From a virus (taxonomy: Duplodnaviria; Caudoviricetes): DNA of 64,000 bases. The position numbers were made by a program, and so were the translations under genes. Under the pieces are notes generated by a model. The model had not been told where the DNA came from. It searched no databases and was given only the letters and a program-made list of their open reading frames with translations. The stretch spans positions 692 to 64,691 of IMG/VR virus record IMGVR_UViG_3300046782_000291. One strand, written 5' to 3'. Below are positions 20,291 to 30,631 of the stretch, one piece after another. The stretch's first letter is position 1. Every line of letters starts with the position of its first letter.

Positions 20291-20392
20291 TCTGCCCCAT
20301 GCAGCGTAAGCCATCCCGGCTCTGCCGGTCTCACAGGATGGTTTGCGGAGGAGCGGGAGACCGGCGCATAACTTCTGCATGGGAGCAATGAT

Positions 20393-20746
20393 ATGACTGA
20401 ATCGGTTCCGAAAGAGTCCAGTGTTCTGTCCCTCGCTGACTTCGAAACGCCGTCAGCCGTGGAATACGTCTTCGTGCCGGATGCCATCAAAGGCAAGGGC
20501 GCGTGGATCCAGTCCATCACCGCTGGCGACATGATTGAGTTCCGAGAGTCCAACGAAGGTCCCGCGAAGAAGACCGCCACGTTGCGGCTCATCATCAAGA
20601 GCGTGGTGTCCGGCGAGGGTGGCTATCCCATCCTCAAGGATGAACACCTCGGGATGCTTCGTGCGCTCAAGGAGCGGGAAGTCAATACCCTCGGCAAAGC
20701 CATCCTGAAGCTCAATGGCTACGAGGACGACGCAAAAAAAGGCTGA
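20393..20746 (+). CDS. Tail assembly chaperone (G)
   Basis: Between tube and tape measure genes; ends at a slippery A7G run. Confidence 0.75.
   Translation: MTESVPKESSVLSLADFETPSAVEYVFVPDAIKGKGAWIQSITAGDMIEFRESNEGPAKKTATLRLIIKSVVSGEGGYPILKDEHLGMLRALKEREVNTLGKAILKLNGYEDDAKKG
20734..20741 (+). other. Programmed -1 frameshift site (A AAA AAA G) giving the G-T chaperone that ends at 21123
   Basis: The -1 frame reads RLRRSRSRRFAYRLAVGLG... straight into ORF 20785-21123 (L..LT..QL.EW..Y...EPFG). Confidence 0.8.
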
Positions 20747-21133
20747 GGCGGTCTCGGTCACGGCGGTTCGCGTATCGGCTGGCCGTGGGACTTGGGATCG
20801 CCAACGTAGACGCGATGCTACGGAGTCTCACGGCCAGACAGTTGGCCGAGTGGGAGTATTACTTCAGCCTGGAGCCATTCGGGTCGTTCCGAGATGACCA
20901 CAATCTGGCCCATATTGCCCAGCTGATCCACAACGTCGCGGTGCGCAAAGAAGACCAGAAGCCCCTGAAAGATTTCCTCCTCAAGTTTGACCAGGAAGAG
21001 ATTGATGAGCCAGTGGCGGCGAAGAAGAGCAACGTGGTCGAGTTCAAACAGAAGGAAGACGGTGCGGCCATCTTGCGCCAACACCAGACCTTCTTGAACT
21101 TGTTAGCTGTGACGAACTTCTGAGGTGACCTAA

Positions 21134-24100
21134 GTGGACATTGGAGTTCTCACCGGCAAAATCGAGATTGAAGATACCCTCTCGACAACGCTGGAGTCTG
21201 CGGCGCAGAAGATCGAGAAGTTCTCCGAGAAGTTTGAGAACGTCTTTGGCGCGATGATTGTCGGCAGCGCGGCCGCAGTCACTGCTATTGCCGCCGTCTC
21301 CGGAGCCATCATCACCCTCGGTCAGCGCGGTGCGGACATCAACGACGTGTCCGATACCCTCGAACACTTCGCAGGCTCGGCTGAGGCGGCTGAAGAAGCC
21401 ATGGCTGGCTTGCGCAAGGGAACGAAGGACACGGTGGGTGACTTCGACCTGATGAAGACCGGTTCCCGGCTTCTCTCCGCCGGAGTGAAGTTGACGGCGG
21501 GAGACTTTGAGACGCTGGGCACTGCCGCGTTCGTGATGCAGAATCGCGGGCTGGGTCCGACAAAGGAGATGTTGGACCTCGTATCCGGCGCGATGATCAC
21601 TGGACGCACTCGGTCGCTTCAGATGAAGCTGGGCATCGTGGATGCGAAAGATGCCACCCAGGAGTTGGCGGACAAGCTGGGTGTCGAGGTCAATGAGCTC
21701 TCGAAGGCTCAGAAGGCGGAAGCCACGAGGACCCAGATCCTTGCGATGTTGTCGAAGGCGAACAAGGACGCCGGAACGCAGGTCAGAGACTTCGGTGAAC
21801 AGTTTGAGTTTGCCCAGACGCAGATTGAAAACTGGTTCGATGAGCTGTCCCAAGGCGTGGCGAAGTCCACCCATGTCATGGGCGCACTCGATGCGATTGG
21901 GAAGGCGTTCTCAGACAACTTCGGTGGCGCTGGGAAGACGGCGATGGAGACGATCCAGGGCTGGATCGATAAGTTCGCGGATGCCGTCACCAAGTGGGCG
22001 CCCATCATTATTGGGTGGATCAAGAACATCACCGACGCCATTCTGGGATTGTGGAATACAATCAACACGATCTGGAACAGTATCCCAGACTGGTTCAAGA
22101 ACATCGCCTTCGATGCCGGCATCGCGGCGACAGCCGTATGGGGCCTCAATTCCGCGTTCCTCGCGTTGACAGGCTCCAGCATCGTCAGTGGCCTTGCGTC
22201 TGTTGGCGGGGCGTGGGCAGGAATCGCAACAGCCGTTGGAGTGGCGATTGACGCGGTGAAGGGTTTCATCGCCGCGATGGCGTTGACCTACCAGCTGGGC
22301 GGAGTAGGGGCCATTCTCTCGGGTATCGGGTCAGGGATTGCAAGTGTCTTTGCGTCACCCGCCCTCGTTGGAGGTGTCCTTGTTCTGGCCCTCGGAGGGC
22401 TGACTCAGGCGATTTACAAAGCCTACGAAGCCTGGAAGAGTGGGCGAGATATGTGGGAGTATTTCCTCGGCAAGACGCAGCCAGAGGACATGGACTTCCT
22501 GACTCGCCACGTGCGCCAGTTGGGCTATGCGATCACTGGGTGGGAGAAGTTACACGACATCGTCTCCACCACAACACCTGCCCTCGGGTCCGTTGCGAAA
22601 GCCGGAGGGCAGGGTGAGTCAATCTTCAGTGCACCCGCCGCTGTCCCACCACCTCCAGACACTGGACTAGAAGGTGCTGCCGCCGCTGCTGCCAAGCGGG
22701 TCAAGGCGTTGTACGACTCGTTGTTCGGCTCAGACATCAAGAAGAAGGCCCAGGACCTTGAAGCGGCGGTGACTCAATTCACGGTCAAAGGGCTTGTACC
22801 CACGACGCAGCAGTTGGAAGCCCTCGCGAAAGAAGCCGACTCGGTTATGGAGAAGGGTGGCAAGCTGGGCCAGAATACGGCGATGCTTGTCGCGAAGTAT
22901 GACCTTCTACATACTGGCGTGTTCCAAGTAAGCGATGGTCTGGCGAAACAAAAGTTGACTCTAGGCGGAGTCTCCGGTGAGTGGGTCAATCTGAAGATGT
23001 CGGTGGCACCTATTCCCCAAGACATCTTCCCCAAGCTTATCAACACGAACAACGATGTTGTCCTCGGGATCAACAAGCAGGTCAACATCGTTGCGTTGCT
23101 GAAGAAGGAGTATGCCGACCTCAAGTTCAACCAGCACATTCAGGAACTGGAAGACTACTCCGCTATCCTCAAGACGATTGGGCAGATCATGCCCGGTATT
23201 GCGGGCACAATCGTCAGTGGCCTCGGGAACGTCGCGGCTGCGTGGGCACAAGCCGAGGTGATGTCGAAGAAGTATCTGGAGACGAGCACGCGAGCCACGG
23301 GCACTGAGAAGGCCCTCGGCATTGCCCAGGGTATCAGCCAAGTCGCTGGGTCCACGAGTTCTGGTGGGATTGGGTCCAGGACAGCGGGTGGTGCCCTCGC
23401 GGGCGCTGGCGCGGGCGCGCTGGTTGGCTCGATGATTCTACCGGGCATTGGAACGGCGATTGGTGCCGCTGTTGGAGCTATCGGCGGAGCGATCACGGGT
23501 CTCGTTCGTGGGATTGTCGCGGCGATGAACGATGGACGCAAGGCTGTTACGGCGTTCGCGGATACGTTCACTGATGGGTTCGTCGGACTCCATGAGCAAC
23601 TCTCGGTTCTCGGTCCCCAGGGCGAGCAACTCTGGAAGAACTTGAGCGGTGTCGGACAAGGCGACAAGGAAGGTGCCGCGAAGGCCATCAAGGCCACCCA
23701 GGACGCGCTCCAGGGTCTCACGACTGATGTGCAGAAGTACAACCTCACGTGGGTGAACATGGACCCAGCGATGGCAATGAAGAATGCAAAGATTGCCTCA
23801 GACGACCTCCTCACCTCGTTCAACCGGTTGAAGAGTGCGGGCTATAGCACCCAGGGTATCCTCGTGGGGATGAGCGATGACCTGAATAAGTGGATCATCG
23901 ATGCGATGCGCGCTGGGGTGAAGATTCCCGCTGCGATGGAACCCATCATCAAGAAGATGATTGAAACGAATACCATCACGATGGACGCGGCGAAAGCCAT
24001 GCTGGGTCTGGAGGATAGTTCGGTTCCCTCCCTCGACCAGATCACCGAGGCGGCTGGCCGCTACGGTCTTGCCCTCGATGACCTCGGTCCGAAGGTCCAA

Positions 24101-24727
24101 CAGATATCGATCACGAACCAGGCCAATCAGATCGTCCAGGATTTCAACACACTGACGGCTGCTGGCGTTCCATTCTCCGCGATGATGCACGATACCGTGA
24201 CGCAAGTCACGGATGCGGGCGGAGAAGTCCACGATGTGGTCAGTGGGATGCACCACGACATCCAACAGATGGTGGATCAATCGACCGGGCCGTTGGGGAT
24301 CAAACTCCCGGATTCGATGAAGCCTATCATCCAGCAGTTGATTGACGCGGGTGGCGACAATGGGCTGGTAGATCAGTTCGGGAATGCACTGACTGACTTG
24401 AGCCAACTGAACTTCGATGAACCGCTGTCCGCGATGGTTGATAAACTTCTTGACAAGCTCGATCAACTCATTGACAAGATCACGGGTCCTGGTGGAGTGA
24501 CGGACGCCTTCGCGGGTCTCGCCCAGAATACGAACCCATCGAGTGCGTCCACAACCACGACCGATACGGGAACGCCAGCGTACAACTACCGGACGCCTAC
24601 GGGCGGGAGTGGGACACCGAGCACCCAGTCTACCGGCACGCCGGTCGTCATCCCCGTAACCGTGACGGCGAATGGCGAAGTGGTTGGCCGGGCGGTCACG
24701 CGTCAGCTTGTTCGAGCGGGAGCCTAG
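21134..24727 (+). CDS. Tape measure protein
   Basis: 1197 aa, helical Ala/Gly-rich, follows the G/GT chaperones. Confidence 0.88.
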   Translation: MDIGVLTGKIEIEDTLSTTLESAAQKIEKFSEKFENVFGAMIVGSAAAVTAIAAVSGAIITLGQRGADINDVSDTLEHFAGSAEAAEEAMAGLRKGTKDTVGDFDLMKTGSRLLSAGVKLTAGDFETLGTAAFVMQNRGLGPTKEMLDLVSGAMITGRTRSLQMKLGIVDAKDATQELADKLGVEVNELSKAQKAEATRTQILAMLSKANKDAGTQVRDFGEQFEFAQTQIENWFDELSQGVAKSTHVMGALDAIGKAFSDNFGGAGKTAMETIQGWIDKFADAVTKWAPIIIGWIKNITDAILGLWNTINTIWNSIPDWFKNIAFDAGIAATAVWGLNSAFLALTGSSIVSGLASVGGAWAGIATAVGVAIDAVKGFIAAMALTYQLGGVGAILSGIGSGIASVFASPALVGGVLVLALGGLTQAIYKAYEAWKSGRDMWEYFLGKTQPEDMDFLTRHVRQLGYAITGWEKLHDIVSTTTPALGSVAKAGGQGESIFSAPAAVPPPPDTGLEGAAAAAAKRVKALYDSLFGSDIKKKAQDLEAAVTQFTVKGLVPTTQQLEALAKEADSVMEKGGKLGQNTAMLVAKYDLLHTGVFQVSDGLAKQKLTLGGVSGEWVNLKMSVAPIPQDIFPKLINTNNDVVLGINKQVNIVALLKKEYADLKFNQHIQELEDYSAILKTIGQIMPGIAGTIVSGLGNVAAAWAQAEVMSKKYLETSTRATGTEKALGIAQGISQVAGSTSSGGIGSRTAGGALAGAGAGALVGSMILPGIGTAIGAAVGAIGGAITGLVRGIVAAMNDGRKAVTAFADTFTDGFVGLHEQLSVLGPQGEQLWKNLSGVGQGDKEGAAKAIKATQDALQGLTTDVQKYNLTWVNMDPAMAMKNAKIASDDLLTSFNRLKSAGYSTQGILVGMSDDLNKWIIDAMRAGVKIPAAMEPIIKKMIETNTITMDAAKAMLGLEDSSVPSLDQITEAAGRYGLALDDLGPKVQQISITNQANQIVQDFNTLTAAGVPFSAMMHDTVTQVTDAGGEVHDVVSGMHHDIQQMVDQSTGPLGIKLPDSMKPIIQQLIDAGGDNGLVDQFGNALTDLSQLNFDEPLSAMVDKLLDKLDQLIDKITGPGGVTDAFAGLAQNTNPSSASTTTTDTGTPAYNYRTPTGGSGTPSTQSTGTPVVIPVTVTANGEVVGRAVTRQLVRAGA

Positions 24728-24730
24728 AGG

Positions 24731-27700
24731 ATGGCATTGCAGCTACTGGTCGCGGGAACGGATCGCACGAACTTCCTGCTGACTACACCCACACCAAAAT
24801 TCACCCGCAAACAGAATGAGCGGGCGATGGTCGAGATGTCGTTCAAGCCGGGGTTCCTCCCGGCGCAATACGCGGACTTCACGATCAACGACGGCGCCAC
24901 CACCATCTTCCGAGGTGTCTTGATTCCCCACCTCGTGGAGTATGACCGTGGTCGGTCGCCCATCGGTGTCGAGTGCACAGGGTATGACTACGCCTTCTTC
25001 GAGGATGTGTGCTACTGGACAAAGAAGTACACAGGCCCAAAGACGGCGAAGCAGATTCTGACCGACCTGGTGGCGGAGAAGTTGAGTGTCTATGGCATCA
25101 CGCTGGACCCAGCCCAAGACAACGGTGACACATTCACGGACTACGCGGTGGACGGCGTGCTCGTGGCGGACGTGTTGCGACAGTTGGGTGATGCCCATCT
25201 CACGCCTCGGGTCCATCTCATCTCGCCACTGCGCCAGCTGAAGCTGTATGTCCCAGGGACCGTCAATGCGCCGTTCTCAATCACCGACGCAGCGGCATCG
25301 TTCTATACCCTCGGGTGGTCCTATTCGGACGTCACACCAGTCAACGATATCACCATCGCGTTCGGTCCGAGTTCGGTGGGCGATACCGCGATCACTCAGA
25401 TCTGGATCGGTGACGGGACCACTCGGGTCTTCTCGCTCAAGGGTATCAACATCCACTCATCGAGTGAATGGCCCGGTGTCTGCTTCGTGGGCGGTGTCCA
25501 GTTACCGGTCTGGCCACCAGGGCAAGGTCCGACCGATCACATCGAGTGGGACTATGCGACCAATGATGGGCAGCTGACGTTCATTGGGGGTGGGACAGCG
25601 AGTGCGCCTGGAGTCGGTGTTCCGATCCAGATCACTTACTTCCCGCAATACCCGTTCGAAGTCAACGCGACGACGGGTGCGACACCGAAGTTTGAAGTGC
25701 GCTTGTCCGACGACCAGACACCGACCTACCAAGTGGCGGTGGCCAGCGTCCAGAGTGAACTCCTCAAGCGGAACATGGTTCCTCGGGAGTTGCTAGTTTC
25801 AACGTGGCAATACTGCGAGCCAGGCCAGCGGCTCTCGGTCCAGAACGCGGCCAGAGCGTTGCCCACTGCAACGGTGTTCACGGTCGCAGAGATCAATGCG
25901 GAGTACACTGAGTTCTTCTCCCTCGGAACGCGGCTGTGGGTGTACACCATCCGCGCAACCGAGACGACCATCTACCAGGGTTCCTATCTCGACCAGATTC
26001 GTGAGCTGTTCAGCGGCGGTGGGAGCGGTGGCGGCGGCACCGTTCTGATCCCACCCTCGGGAGGTGGCGGCGGTGCGATGTCGCCTCTCCCTCCTGGCTA
26101 CATCTACATCGGCGATAGCACGAGCACTGCCGTTGCGAATCCGGTCACTGGTGACATCGTACTATCCACGACAGGTCGTATGGACATCGCGGCGGGTGCG
26201 ATTGTCAACGCGGATATCAGCGCGACGGCTGGGATCACCGATAACAAACTGGCGACGATTAGCACGTCTGGGAAGGTGGCGAATAGTGCGACAACGGCGA
26301 CACCGAACAACGTCGCGAACACGATTGTATTGAGGAACTCAAGTGGAGACTTCTCTGCTGGTTCTGGCTTCTTTGCTTCGCAAGTCGCAGGAGCGGAAGT
26401 CTATGCGAGCAGCTTCTTCATGGGTCCACTCCTCAAGACGAATGCGAACATAGACATAACGATCTCACCGGGAAATGGTGGTGGTGGGCATCTCCGTCTC
26501 ACGCCCTCGGTGAACCTCTGGCTGGACCCGTTCAACGTGGTGGTGCTACGAGATACTAAGCCACTCACATCCTCGACGGTGTATGCGAGTGGCTTTGGTG
26601 GCACAGGCTTTACGCTCAATCATAGCCAGACGTTCACCAATCAGTCATACCTTGAACTCGACCAGCTACGCGTGCGCGGCGTGATGAATGTGTATGAGTT
26701 CGTCGTCAATCAGATCCGTTCAACGAACGGAAATCTGTTCGTCACCAACTGCGCTCGCATTTCGAGTGTCTCTCTAGTCAATACGAATTACTACGACATC
26801 TTCACGGAAGCACCACACGGCTTTCAACCGAACGACCTCATTAGAGCGCAGCGCTTCTCTGCCGCTGGTGGGGGCGCTGCAGTCTTCCAGACTGATATCA
26901 TCGTTAATGCGTTAGGTAGCGATGTCTGGTTTGGTGGAACAGTCCTCTCGGGACCTCCTCCCGCACCTGGGATGGACTTTGTGCGGTTGGGGAATACGAC
27001 AGACTCCACTCGTCGAGGGTCTATCTATCTGACGGCTGATGACGTGAATGCGCCGTACATCAACGTCTTGAATGGAGTGGACTCCATTGCGGCGTGGGGC
27101 GCGCAGTCTACGCTGCGAGTGCGGCTCGGGAACCTCATTGGATCGTATGGATACTCCGGCGCACCGGTCTATGGGCTCGCCGCAGGCAATGCAGCTGGAG
27201 CGTGGTTCTCGATAGATGCCACGAACGGTCTGCGGATGAGCTACGGCTCGACCGTCTACATGCAGATTGACACGGTGGGAAACGCGACCTTCTCTGGAAC
27301 GGTCCGAGTGGGTAACGTCACGATTGACCAGAGTGGTATCCGAGTTGCTCCTTACTCCGGGTCTTTCAGCTACACCGCTGCGTATATGTTCGATATTCCG
27401 GGGCCAGCGGCTCCCAGCAATGGTATCGGTTACTGGTCCAGCATTGATGGTAATGACATTCGGACGCTTGAAATCTCTCATGACTGGAATGGGAATGGGA
27501 ATAAGCCGCATCAACTCTGGCTTCATGCACGCGGTGACGGTATCGGCAGTGCTGGGGCAGGAGCCGTAAGTGCTAACATTTATCTCTATTCAGATGGTGG
27601 TGGTTCTACCTACAGTCCACGTATTGATTTTGCCTTAGGTGTCGGTGGTGGACCGGTTGATAGATACCTCCGATTGCAGCCTTCCGGTCTTTCATGGGAC

Positions 27701-28438
27701 ACGGTGGTGGCTTACGGTTCCCATGCGGAAGTGATCATCGCGAACTCAGGCCTCATCGCTCGAAGAGATATCGGAAATGTTTTTGCGGGAGGCATGACTA
27801 TCAACAACACGCTGAATGTCAACGGTATAACGCAGTTCGCGACGGCGTGTTACTTCAATGGCCTCATCCAGTCGCAGAGCGTTAGTCCGAATATCCAGAT
27901 GTTCAAGACGAATGGCGCGGTCAACGAGAAGTATACGCGCTGGCTCTCAGACGCCTCGGAGTGCGACCTTCAGCTGGTAGACGACGGCTACTCGGTGGCA
28001 ACGAATACCATTCGCACGACGCGCATTCAGCATGTAATAGCCACTGTAGAACGTGGAGATAACCTCTCGACATTCAACGTCGTATCGGACATGAACGCGA
28101 AGACGAACGTGCGCCCAGTAAGCAAGGCGACTCAGCGCGACTTGATGCGGTCGCTGCAGATTTACGAGTTCGACTACACCGGCGACTTTGGCATCAAGGT
28201 GGGGCCTGGGATTGGGCCACTAGCGCAAGAGGCGATGGCGGTCTTCCCGAACTCTGTCCAGACGATCATGCGGTCGCGCCATTCTAGCGACCCAGACCCT
28301 GTAAACTGGAGTGCGGCAGAAGCCTTACTGGTGTTCAATCCGGATACGCTCTATATGGCACACGTCGCGTATACCCAAGCTCTTGACGATGAAGTTGAGC
28401 TATTGAAAGCACGAGTGACTGCGCTAGAAGGGCTGTAG
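24731..28438 (+). CDS. Tail tip/fibre protein with C-terminal intramolecular chaperone (peptidase S74-like)
   Basis: Follows the tape measure gene; C-terminal SDMNAKTNV...G..AQE...FP..V and coiled-coil LKARVTALE. Confidence 0.75.
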   Translation: MALQLLVAGTDRTNFLLTTPTPKFTRKQNERAMVEMSFKPGFLPAQYADFTINDGATTIFRGVLIPHLVEYDRGRSPIGVECTGYDYAFFEDVCYWTKKYTGPKTAKQILTDLVAEKLSVYGITLDPAQDNGDTFTDYAVDGVLVADVLRQLGDAHLTPRVHLISPLRQLKLYVPGTVNAPFSITDAAASFYTLGWSYSDVTPVNDITIAFGPSSVGDTAITQIWIGDGTTRVFSLKGINIHSSSEWPGVCFVGGVQLPVWPPGQGPTDHIEWDYATNDGQLTFIGGGTASAPGVGVPIQITYFPQYPFEVNATTGATPKFEVRLSDDQTPTYQVAVASVQSELLKRNMVPRELLVSTWQYCEPGQRLSVQNAARALPTATVFTVAEINAEYTEFFSLGTRLWVYTIRATETTIYQGSYLDQIRELFSGGGSGGGGTVLIPPSGGGGGAMSPLPPGYIYIGDSTSTAVANPVTGDIVLSTTGRMDIAAGAIVNADISATAGITDNKLATISTSGKVANSATTATPNNVANTIVLRNSSGDFSAGSGFFASQVAGAEVYASSFFMGPLLKTNANIDITISPGNGGGGHLRLTPSVNLWLDPFNVVVLRDTKPLTSSTVYASGFGGTGFTLNHSQTFTNQSYLELDQLRVRGVMNVYEFVVNQIRSTNGNLFVTNCARISSVSLVNTNYYDIFTEAPHGFQPNDLIRAQRFSAAGGGAAVFQTDIIVNALGSDVWFGGTVLSGPPPAPGMDFVRLGNTTDSTRRGSIYLTADDVNAPYINVLNGVDSIAAWGAQSTLRVRLGNLIGSYGYSGAPVYGLAAGNAAGAWFSIDATNGLRMSYGSTVYMQIDTVGNATFSGTVRVGNVTIDQSGIRVAPYSGSFSYTAAYMFDIPGPAAPSNGIGYWSSIDGNDIRTLEISHDWNGNGNKPHQLWLHARGDGIGSAGAGAVSANIYLYSDGGGSTYSPRIDFALGVGGGPVDRYLRLQPSGLSWDTVVAYGSHAEVIIANSGLIARRDIGNVFAGGMTINNTLNVNGITQFATACYFNGLIQSQSVSPNIQMFKTNGAVNEKYTRWLSDASECDLQLVDDGYSVATNTIRTTRIQHVIATVERGDNLSTFNVVSDMNAKTNVRPVSKATQRDLMRSLQIYEFDYTGDFGIKVGPGIGPLAQEAMAVFPNSVQTIMRSRHSSDPDPVNWSAAEALLVFNPDTLYMAHVAYTQALDDEVELLKARVTALEGL

Positions 28439-28587
28439 TGAAACATCGCCATCCAATCGCGTGGACGGTCTGGGTTGGTCTCGCAGTGATGGCTATTGGA
28501 GTGATATTGATTCTCGTCTACTTGGAAATGCGCGCAGTGCACACAGCATGGGGCTTTGGACATTTGCAGAAGGGTCGAGGTTACTAG
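28438..28587 (+). CDS. Small single-TM membrane protein (49 aa, not in ORF track)
   Basis: GTG overlapping the upstream stop; MKHRHPIAWTVWVGLAVMAIGVILILVYLE... Confidence 0.5.
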   Translation: MKHRHPIAWTVWVGLAVMAIGVILILVYLEMRAVHTAWGFGHLQKGRGY

Positions 28588-28588
28588 G

Positions 28589-30631
28589 ATGCCGTTATTG
28601 AGTCCAGACAGTGGTTTCGTTCTTGCGGGTGTTGGCGGAGGTCGAATCTACCTCGGGAGTATGCCTGAGCCATGGTTGCTCGCGATTCCACCCGGTCTGG
28701 AAGACATGATCGGCGGTGGTTGGGCATTTATCGACAACGACACCATCGGCGGGAACGGGTCCATCGACAACATCCACTGGAAGTTGTGGGCCTACTCCAT
28801 TTCGACGCGCCAGCGGTGGGTGCTGGACGAACGTGGTGCATCGAACTTCTATGGTGGGGGAGGCAAGTGGTGCGCGTATCTCGCGGACCCGAGTGGTCTC
28901 ATCAGTTTCGACAGCGATGGGATGGAGCGCACCGACCTCGTGGCCCGTGGAATGTCACCCAACGGGGAAGCCCTCTACAGCACGCACGAGAACAATGAGC
29001 TGTTCGTTGGGAGCATGAAGAACGGACTCTCACCGATTGCGTCGGGCACCGTCCTGTCCACGATGATTGGCGTCGATGACGTCGTGCTCTGGGCCAACTC
29101 CGCTGGCGTGCTCGGCTCAGATCCTGAGGCTCCGCCCGTCTGCCCCTATTCCGGTGGTGAGGGCGCACGATTCACCTCGGGTTCGGTTGCCGGCAATCGC
29201 GCACTGTGCCAGTGGGACCGAGGAACGAACGCGCTGGTGGTCTATCCCTGGCAGGCGACTCCGCCAGAACTGACCGGCTACAAGCTGAGCGTCGGCGTCG
29301 ATGAGCATCGTCACGACATCGGCTACCATCACAGCGGAAACTATCTCATCGCCACCGGCGTCAACCTCGGGGAGACCCAGATCCGCATCTATGAACTCAA
29401 CCTCGTCAATCAGGAGTTCCGGCTCAACGGCGGAGGGTGGCAAGACCTCGTTCCCACTCGGCTCGATACGGCCCAGATCACCATCCCCACGTTCATCTTC
29501 AATCACGATGTCACCCTCGCGGTGTTCAAGGACCTGGACGGCGACTCCGGCTCACCGGCGGAGATTCTGGTCAACCAACAGGACCAGATGGTCGCTCGGC
29601 CATACTTCATGGCGGAAGACACGATGGATGGAGAGACGCAAGGTGAGTTGCTTGGCATCTACTCGGAAGCCGTCGATCCAAGCTACGTCGTGGACCTGGC
29701 GAATCAGTTTGAGACACGGGTCCTCCTCGGGCACGACAGCGTCTCTGACTGGGATCTTCCTCAGCTACCGCCGTGGTCCATCCCTGCGATTGAACTCTAC
29801 CCTTCGGAACAAGAGACAGCGGCCCAGAGTGCTGAACGTTGGCACCGGCAGATCCAGTCACTCCTCAACCAGTGGCCCGGCGACGTGGGCGTCATCCCCG
29901 CGTTCTACTGCATGGGCGGAGCACCTCCGGATGAGCTGTTTCCGGTCTCCCATATCATCGAGGGGCTGCACCATCTCCAGGACATTGTCAACACGAGCCA
30001 TCGTATCAAGGTCATCGCGCCGTTTGCCTTCGACCGCGCGAATGGGATCGTGGCGCACGATGAGTTGATGGATGCCTGGAAGAACCTCGTGAGCGCGTGC
30101 CCACGGCTCGCGATGTTGACGCCTGTCGGTGAACCTGTTCCACCGGAGCCAGGACCTGGACCGGGGCCAGGACCTGGACCCGAGCCTATTCCACCCAACC
30201 CCGAACCTGGACCGGAGCCTGAACCCATGCCCACGTTACCCTTCAAGTGTTTTCTGATCGCTGGCCACAACAGCAAGATCCCGGCGGTGGAGCCTGGGTC
30301 GCATCATCTTGACCTGGACTACTCTGTCCAGGAGACCGGCCCATACCAGCAGGTCGAAGTCAAAGCCTCGGAAGAAGCCGGGCATGTCCTCGCACGCTAC
30401 GTCGAAGACGGCTGGTACCTCCGGCTGGACACGGTGCTCCTGATGGAGCGTAAGTATGACGCAGCACTCCAGCTGTACGATCCCAACAAGCCTGACCTCG
30501 ACTCCGGCTGGCAGCGATTCAAGATTTACGGCTCGCTGCTGATTGGTGAAGGCCCGGATGTCAACGGCATCCGTGGTGCGGCGTACACCTTCACGATGGT
30601 GGACTCGGACAAAAAACCGCTTTTCAACTAG
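28589..30631 (+). CDS. Large acidic multidomain protein with Pro-Gly linker
   Basis: GAGG RBS before ATG 28589; PEPGPGPGPGPEP linker at about 30130-30230. Confidence 0.6.
   Translation: MPLLSPDSGFVLAGVGGGRIYLGSMPEPWLLAIPPGLEDMIGGGWAFIDNDTIGGNGSIDNIHWKLWAYSISTRQRWVLDERGASNFYGGGGKWCAYLADPSGLISFDSDGMERTDLVARGMSPNGEALYSTHENNELFVGSMKNGLSPIASGTVLSTMIGVDDVVLWANSAGVLGSDPEAPPVCPYSGGEGARFTSGSVAGNRALCQWDRGTNALVVYPWQATPPELTGYKLSVGVDEHRHDIGYHHSGNYLIATGVNLGETQIRIYELNLVNQEFRLNGGGWQDLVPTRLDTAQITIPTFIFNHDVTLAVFKDLDGDSGSPAEILVNQQDQMVARPYFMAEDTMDGETQGELLGIYSEAVDPSYVVDLANQFETRVLLGHDSVSDWDLPQLPPWSIPAIELYPSEQETAAQSAERWHRQIQSLLNQWPGDVGVIPAFYCMGGAPPDELFPVSHIIEGLHHLQDIVNTSHRIKVIAPFAFDRANGIVAHDELMDAWKNLVSACPRLAMLTPVGEPVPPEPGPGPGPGPGPEPIPPNPEPGPEPEPMPTLPFKCFLIAGHNSKIPAVEPGSHHLDLDYSVQETGPYQQVEVKASEEAGHVLARYVEDGWYLRLDTVLLMERKYDAALQLYDPNKPDLDSGWQRFKIYGSLLIGEGPDVNGIRGAAYTFTMVDSDKKPLFN

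Noticed and set aside
30130-30230. Short tandem repeats here and at 8213-8240 and 42712-42781
   Set aside because: They encode simple PG, SKD and APAA protein linkers
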